64,000 bases of DNA from Prochlorococcus sp. AG-679-M23 (GTDB lineage Bacteria > Cyanobacteriota > Cyanobacteriia > PCC-6307 > Cyanobiaceae). The position numbers and the translations under genes are program-made. Shown here piece by piece: positions 59,328 to 64,000 of the stretch. Where the stretch lies: contig QCUR01000004.1 of NCBI GenBank assembly GCA_003208875.1, positions 1 to 64,000 of the forward strand, in the 5' to 3' direction. The notes beneath the pieces are model-generated. The model was not told the DNA's origin. It made no database searches and saw only the letters and a list, made by a program, of their open reading frames with translations. The first letter of the stretch is position 1. Every line of letters begins with the position of its first letter.

Positions 59328-60701
59328 TTATTCATAACTTGTAGAAAACTTTTTGTTAAAAAAGAATGCAACCAAAATAGTAAAAAGAGTTATTGATGCA
59401 CAAATCTCTGTCCAGTAATCTAATCCTATTTTTGAGATCAATAATGGAGCCAATACTGTAAAAAATCCTCCTGATAAGATTAACTGAGCAAAAAGTTGCT
59501 TTGATGTAAAAATCGGAAGTGTTTTAGAAATATTTTTTGGATCAGCGAGTCTTAAAAGAAGTAGTCCAGATGCAACTACTCCAGTTGAATTTCCAAATTC
59601 TATTAAACTTCTCTCAAACCAGTGTTTTTCAAATACAAAGTATGCGAAATAAGCAATACAAATTAAATTCCAAATCAAACCAAAAATAGTAAGTACCAAA
59701 ATCAATCTCCAATTATCAAGAACAGTAGTAATATCTAAACTTGCCATTGCTGTAAAAATTAATAAATCTGTGGACAAGATACCAATTTCTCTTTGAAAAA
59801 GATTAGATATAAATTCTGTATTATTGGTTTTTTCTAAGATATATCTAATCAAAAGTGATCCTATTAGAATAAGTGGGAATACAGGAAGTGATAAGATAAC
59901 TTCTCTTGAAAATTCACCAAAGTAGTTTGAAATATACCTTAAAAGGTTAAGTATCAAGACCCCAAAAGAAATTGCCAACCCAACAAAGCCAAGATTTATT
60001 AATAAAATTCTCAAATCTGAAAAAATACCTATTTTCCGATTTGGATTTTCACCATCTGTTTTATCAACGATCTGCTCTGTATCTGAAATTCCTAAAGTTC
60101 TTCCTAAAAAAATAAAAAAACTACCTAATAAGGAAGAGGATAAAAGGCCCATTGTAGCCATTGCAAGACCTAGGTCTAAGCCATCTGAGAATCCAAGTTT
60201 ATTAAAACTTTCTCCAATAATAGTTGCAGCACCATGCCCTCCTTCAAAACCAACCTCTATTAAACATCCCATTAAAGGATTTGTTTCCATCGAAGGAGAC
60301 AATAAGTATTTGACTACTAATCCTCCTACAAGAAATTGACCAAAGCCCAATGAAAGAGCCAACAAGAACTGATTAATAATGGGTCTAAATAAACCATTAA
60401 TATTTGGAATTGGCCTGCCCAACATTAATGTCGCAAACACTAGAGATAAGAGAGGAGTAGGAAAATTACTCCAGACATTTGTAGTCTCCTTAGATAAAAT
60501 ATTTATTAATCCATAGGGACCTATCGATATTCCTACAATTCCAGAAATAACAGCTATGGGTAATCCAAATCTTTCTAATTGAACAGCAAATTTAAATTTC
60601 CTTCCAAAAATCAAGAAAAAACCGATTACAAAAAATACTATTAAACTTATATTAAAAGAGTTCGAGAAAATATTTTGATTATTTAGGAGAGAAATATTCA
60701 A
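59328..60701 (-). CDS. gltS: Sodium/glutamate symporter family
   Basis: GFEGGHGAA, GLLLLRLADP; polytopic. Confidence 0.82.
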   Translation of the reverse strand: MNISLLNNQNIFSNSFNISLIVFFVIGFFLIFGRKFKFAVQLERFGLPIAVISGIVGISIGPYGLINILSKETTNVWSNFPTPLLSLVFATLMLGRPIPNINGLFRPIINQFLLALSLGFGQFLVGGLVVKYLLSPSMETNPLMGCLIEVGFEGGHGAATIIGESFNKLGFSDGLDLGLAMATMGLLSSSLLGSFFIFLGRTLGISDTEQIVDKTDGENPNRKIGIFSDLRILLINLGFVGLAISFGVLILNLLRYISNYFGEFSREVILSLPVFPLILIGSLLIRYILEKTNNTEFISNLFQREIGILSTDLLIFTAMASLDITTVLDNWRLILVLTIFGLIWNLICIAYFAYFVFEKHWFERSLIEFGNSTGVVASGLLLLRLADPKNISKTLPIFTSKQLFAQLILSGGFFTVLAPLLISKIGLDYWTEICASITLFTILVAFFFNKKFSTSYE

Positions 60702-60756
60702 CTATTTTAAACTTAATACTTTTTAAATCTAATTTAATAAATAAAATTTATCAAAT

Positions 60757-60785
60757 AAAAAAGGCCTCATTAATTGAGGCCTTTT
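60757..60785 (-). terminator. pcb terminator
   Basis: AAAAGGCCTCA-TTAAT-TGAGGCCTTTT; T6 on minus strand. Confidence 0.85.
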
Positions 60786-60807
60786 AATATTTATTAGTGA
60801 CTAAAAT

Positions 60808-61866
60808 TTAATCTTTAAGAGTAACAGTAGCACTATCAATGTTACTGATAGCATTTGTAACTCTCTTAAAGTCAAATCCTAAGGCTCTTAGTGCATGCCA
60901 TAGATGACCTTGGATAAAGAAGAAACCAAAATAGTAATGCACATTTGCTAACCATGCTCTTGATGTATAAACACCATCAGGAAGGTCAACAGTATCAATC
61001 CAATATGGAGAAATACTGAATTTCAATTCAAGTGGTTCACCAAAAAACTCTACAGGATAAACTGTTGTATTTGATGCGCTCCAGAAGGCAGCAATAATTG
61101 CCATCCAACCAATACCTGCTAAAGACCATGAAAGAACGGCTTCTGCAGATAGAAGACCTTTACCTTTAAATTTGGTATATTCACCAACTTGCTTTGTAGC
61201 AATGTGCCAAGCACCACCCGTAATCAAGACAAATGCAAGGAAAGCATGACCTCCCATAACATCCTCTAAATCATCTATTAGTAGAAAATCTGTTTGATGA
61301 TTCCAAATCTCAGCAAGGTTTAGATCATATTCAACTTGTCTTACGGCACCAATAGCTGGATCGTAGACTCCATGAACTCTTGCCCATTCAACAAGAAGAA
61401 TTACAGCGAATCCAAGAATAATTAAATGATGTCCAAGAATGAAAGTTAATTTATCTGGATTATCCCATTCAATATTGAATTTCCTTGCCTTTGCGACTTC
61501 TGATTCTTCAAGATTTCCTGGAAGAAGTAGCGAGTGAAGTAATCCACCAGCTGCAAGTACCATAGAGGAAACCAAATGAACAATAGCTATAGCTAGTACA
61601 GGTTTGGTATCTCCCATTAGAACTCCATCAGCATCAAACCCTATTCCAAGGGTAGCCAAGTGAGGAAGAGCAATAAGAGGTTGTTGACCCATTGGGACAC
61701 TGGGGTCAAATCTTGATAGTTCGAAAAGAGTGAAAGCACCGGCCCAAAAAACAATTAACCCTGCATGAGCGACATGAGCAGCGATAAATTTTCCTGAGCG
61801 ATTAGCTACACCTGAATTACCAGCCCACCATCCATAGGTGGTGTCTGGATTACCATAGGTTTGCAT
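60808..61866 (-). CDS. pcbA: Divinyl chlorophyll a/b light-harvesting protein Pcb
   Basis: [34 protein letters not shown]43/IsiA-like, 352 aa. Confidence 0.95.
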   Translation of the reverse strand: MQTYGNPDTTYGWWAGNSGVANRSGKFIAAHVAHAGLIVFWAGAFTLFELSRFDPSVPMGQQPLIALPHLATLGIGFDADGVLMGDTKPVLAIAIVHLVSSMVLAAGGLLHSLLLPGNLEESEVAKARKFNIEWDNPDKLTFILGHHLIILGFAVILLVEWARVHGVYDPAIGAVRQVEYDLNLAEIWNHQTDFLLIDDLEDVMGGHAFLAFVLITGGAWHIATKQVGEYTKFKGKGLLSAEAVLSWSLAGIGWMAIIAAFWSASNTTVYPVEFFGEPLELKFSISPYWIDTVDLPDGVYTSRAWLANVHYYFGFFFIQGHLWHALRALGFDFKRVTNAISNIDSATVTLKD

Positions 61867-62184
61867 TTAGGAATTGATTAGCTTAAACGTTTTGAGAATA
61901 CTTTATATTTCATCAAACGGATGAATTAATAACAAAATTGTAAAGGTTATTAATTCTAGGGACTTATAGGAAAGCTAATTTCAATAGGATTTCCGTGAGT
62001 AAAGAACATAGTTTAAATCGAAGAATTAATTAATCAAGCCAAATTTTTATTGCATTTTCAAATAAATTCAAATTTTTATAAATCTTTTTTTGCTGACATA
62101 AGCAATTTTTTGTGTAATAAAAACAAATACATTATTGACCCATGATCTAACAATTACTAAAAAAGGGATAATGTATCGATACTC

Positions 62185-62361
62185 ATGACAACTTCCCAAA
62201 GAACATCAAGAAAAATTTCACTAGAAATGAAATCACAAGGGCATTACAAAAAAGCTGCTAAGTCTTATCGTAAATCAGATCAATATATAAATATGATTAA
62301 CCTATATCCAATACTTCAAAGCACTTTAATTGATTGTGAGGATGAAAATCTAGTAAAATAG
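62185..62361 (+). CDS. Hypothetical 58-aa protein (MTTSQRTSRKISLEMKSQGHYKKAAKSYRKS...ENLVK)
   Basis: Hand-read ATG-TAG ORF. Confidence 0.55.
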   Translation: MTTSQRTSRKISLEMKSQGHYKKAAKSYRKSDQYINMINLYPILQSTLIDCEDENLVK

Positions 62362-62415
62362 TATCTTGCCTGGAATTAATTTTTAATTCTTAAGAGGTTT
62401 TAAATGATTTAGAAA

Positions 62416-62652
62416 TTAAGCTGCATGTTGGTCATATTTTTCTTCAGAATAAAATTCATCAATTATTTTTCTACATAATATTGAATTGTAAAGAACCTCT
62501 GGATTCCATGGTTTTTTTTGTCCAAGAGGAGAGCTTTTCCAATGTATTCCAGGTTTAAAAAAGCCATTCTCCCTTAGATGGGAAAGTTTAATTTCAGTTA
62601 TACCTAAATACTCAGCAGCAGAACAAGATGGATGCCACATATTTTCCAGCAT
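62416..62652 (-). CDS. Small HTH (MerR/excisionase-like) protein
   Basis: AAEYLGITEIKLSHLRENG..KPGIHW. Confidence 0.65.
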   Translation of the reverse strand: MLENMWHPSCSAAEYLGITEIKLSHLRENGFFKPGIHWKSSPLGQKKPWNPEVLYNSILCRKIIDEFYSEEKYDQHAA

Positions 62653-62785
62653 TGACTTATTAAATATTATTAATCCTTGATAACGTTAATTCTGTTACTT
62701 TGAAAGGGGAGAAAAGTTTTAAATAATTATTTGATTGTTAAGAATATAGTTTTATGGATATTTTTGACTTTATTTTTTTTTCAAA

Positions 62786-63088
62786 TTAAGTGATATCGAA
62801 TAAAGAATCATTTTTAATAAAGATTTTTTCAATGTCTTCTTTTGAATTATTACTTAATTTGTAATCTGAATAATCTTTAGTAATCGCTTCACTTTTAGGA
62901 AGATTTAGATATCCTTCATTCCAATTCCCACTATTTAACAATTCCTCATTTGAGATTTTTAAACTTATCTCTACATCAATAACAGAAACCATCAAAAATT
63001 TAATTTGATCTTGCTCATTAATTTTATTTACTAAAACAAAATGTCTTAATCCATTAATAGATTTATTAGAAGTCCAGAAATTTTCCAC
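62786..63088 (-). CDS. TIGR02450-like Trp-rich protein
   Basis: FWTS..INGLRHFVLV...WNEG. Confidence 0.75.
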   Translation of the reverse strand: MENFWTSNKSINGLRHFVLVNKINEQDQIKFLMVSVIDVEISLKISNEELLNSGNWNEGYLNLPKSEAITKDYSDYKLSNNSKEDIEKIFIKNDSLFDIT

Positions 63089-63114
63089 GTATATTAAAAA
63101 CTAATAAACTTTTT

Positions 63115-63372
63115 TTAATCACTTTTAGAAATACTTTTATATTCTTTTCTAATTTCTTCTAATAAAGTTTTCCTTTTTTTTAAGTATGAATTAGATTCGT
63201 TTTTTGATAAATCAAATCTTTCTTTTTTTGTCAAATTCATCCAGTTGTAGAGATTACTTTTATTAAATTTAATATCTTTATCTTTTTTAAAGACTTTTTT
63301 ATATTTATAAAATTTTAAAAATATAAATGAAAACATAATTAACAAAGAGACTAATAAAATGATTTTAAACAT
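63115..63372 (-). CDS. Hypothetical protein with N-terminal TM
   Basis: ORF track; WMNLTKKER. Confidence 0.7.
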   Translation of the reverse strand: MFKIILLVSLLIMFSFIFLKFYKYKKVFKKDKDIKFNKSNLYNWMNLTKKERFDLSKNESNSYLKKRKTLLEEIRKEYKSISKSD

Positions 63373-63373
63373 T

Positions 63374-64000
63374 TTAAAGGTTTTTATCTAAGATTAAATA
63401 ACTTTTTATCCACTTTTCTAATTTTAAATTATCTTGAATTGATATGATTTCTTCTTTGTTTTCTGAATTATCACTATTAAAAAGCCTAATAACAAATTCA
63501 TTTTTTACTGCTTCATCATCACCAATTACAATAATACTTTTTGATTTTAATTTATTAGCTTTTTTAAATTGCTTTGAAAATGATGCTCCACTAAGATCTA
63601 ATTCTGCTATCAAATCATAATTTCTTAGCTTTCTGGATAATTCCATTGCCAATATTTCAGCATGTATACCTTTATTCACAATATAAATATCTGTTTCTCT
63701 AGTTTCTTCAAGCTCGCTACCACATAAAATAATAAGTCTTTCTAATCCAATTGCAAATCCAATTGCTGGAGTTTCTGCTCCCCCCATTTGACTAAACAAA
63801 CAATCATATCTTCCTCCTCCGCATACTGTAGCTTGAGAACCTAATTTCCCGCTGGTTATTTCAAATGCAGTATGTGTGTAATAGTCTAAACCTCTTACTA
63901 AATTGAAATTTTCGATAAACGGTATTTTAAGGAGCTTTAATTTTTCTTTAATAATTAAATATCTCTCGAGACTTTTTTCAGACAAAAAGTCAAATAATTT
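63374..64000 (-). CDS. hisS: Histidyl-tRNA synthetase, 3' part (cut by window edge)
   Basis: LVRGLDYYT, GGGRYD, GFAIGLERL, KQFKKA. Confidence 0.95.
   Translation of the reverse strand, partial: KLFDFLSEKSLERYLIIKEKLKLLKIPFIENFNLVRGLDYYTHTAFEITSGKLGSQATVCGGGRYDCLFSQMGGAETPAIGFAIGLERLIILCGSELEETRETDIYIVNKGIHAEILAMELSRKLRNYDLIAELDLSGASFSKQFKKANKLKSKSIIVIGDDEAVKNEFVIRLFNSDNSENKEEIISIQDNLKLEKWIKSYLILDKNL

Overview
AT-rich picocyanobacterial DNA. The pcb antenna gene, hli genes, Yfr2 sRNA, crtL, nrdJ and gene order point to a high-light Prochlorococcus (MED4-like; my inference). Three zones: (1) 1-5.7 kb, the edge of a genomic island packed with microproteins, two hli genes, a Yfr2-family sRNA, a doubly broken clpS and a LexA-box-led three-gene DUF1651 operon, bounded by 6S RNA/purK. 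(2) Core genes purK-aroB-nadA-ctpA-ispG-aspC-phnDCE-rsmE-hslO-prfC-nrdJ, and later cbiX-sulP-metA-metY-stpA-arsS-fur-mscS-crtL-gltS-pcb-hisS. (3) An accessory islet at about 29.9-37.4 kb around tRNA-Ser(TGA), with an NtcA box + glutamine riboswitch + DUF4278 peptide, a CP12-tail-like microprotein, an adenylation-domain-only NAD+ DNA ligase, a stand-alone BRCT-like protein and a four-hairpin candidate sRNA. I saw no CRISPR array, integrase, transposase or rRNA. Best leads for undescribed biology: a divergent glycerol-3-phosphate-dehydrogenase-like 'hypothetical' head-to-head with stpA; the ligase fragment with the BRCT-like protein; the LexA-box DUF1651 operon; the CP12-like peptide. All family calls are by-eye motif recognition; no database searches were run.
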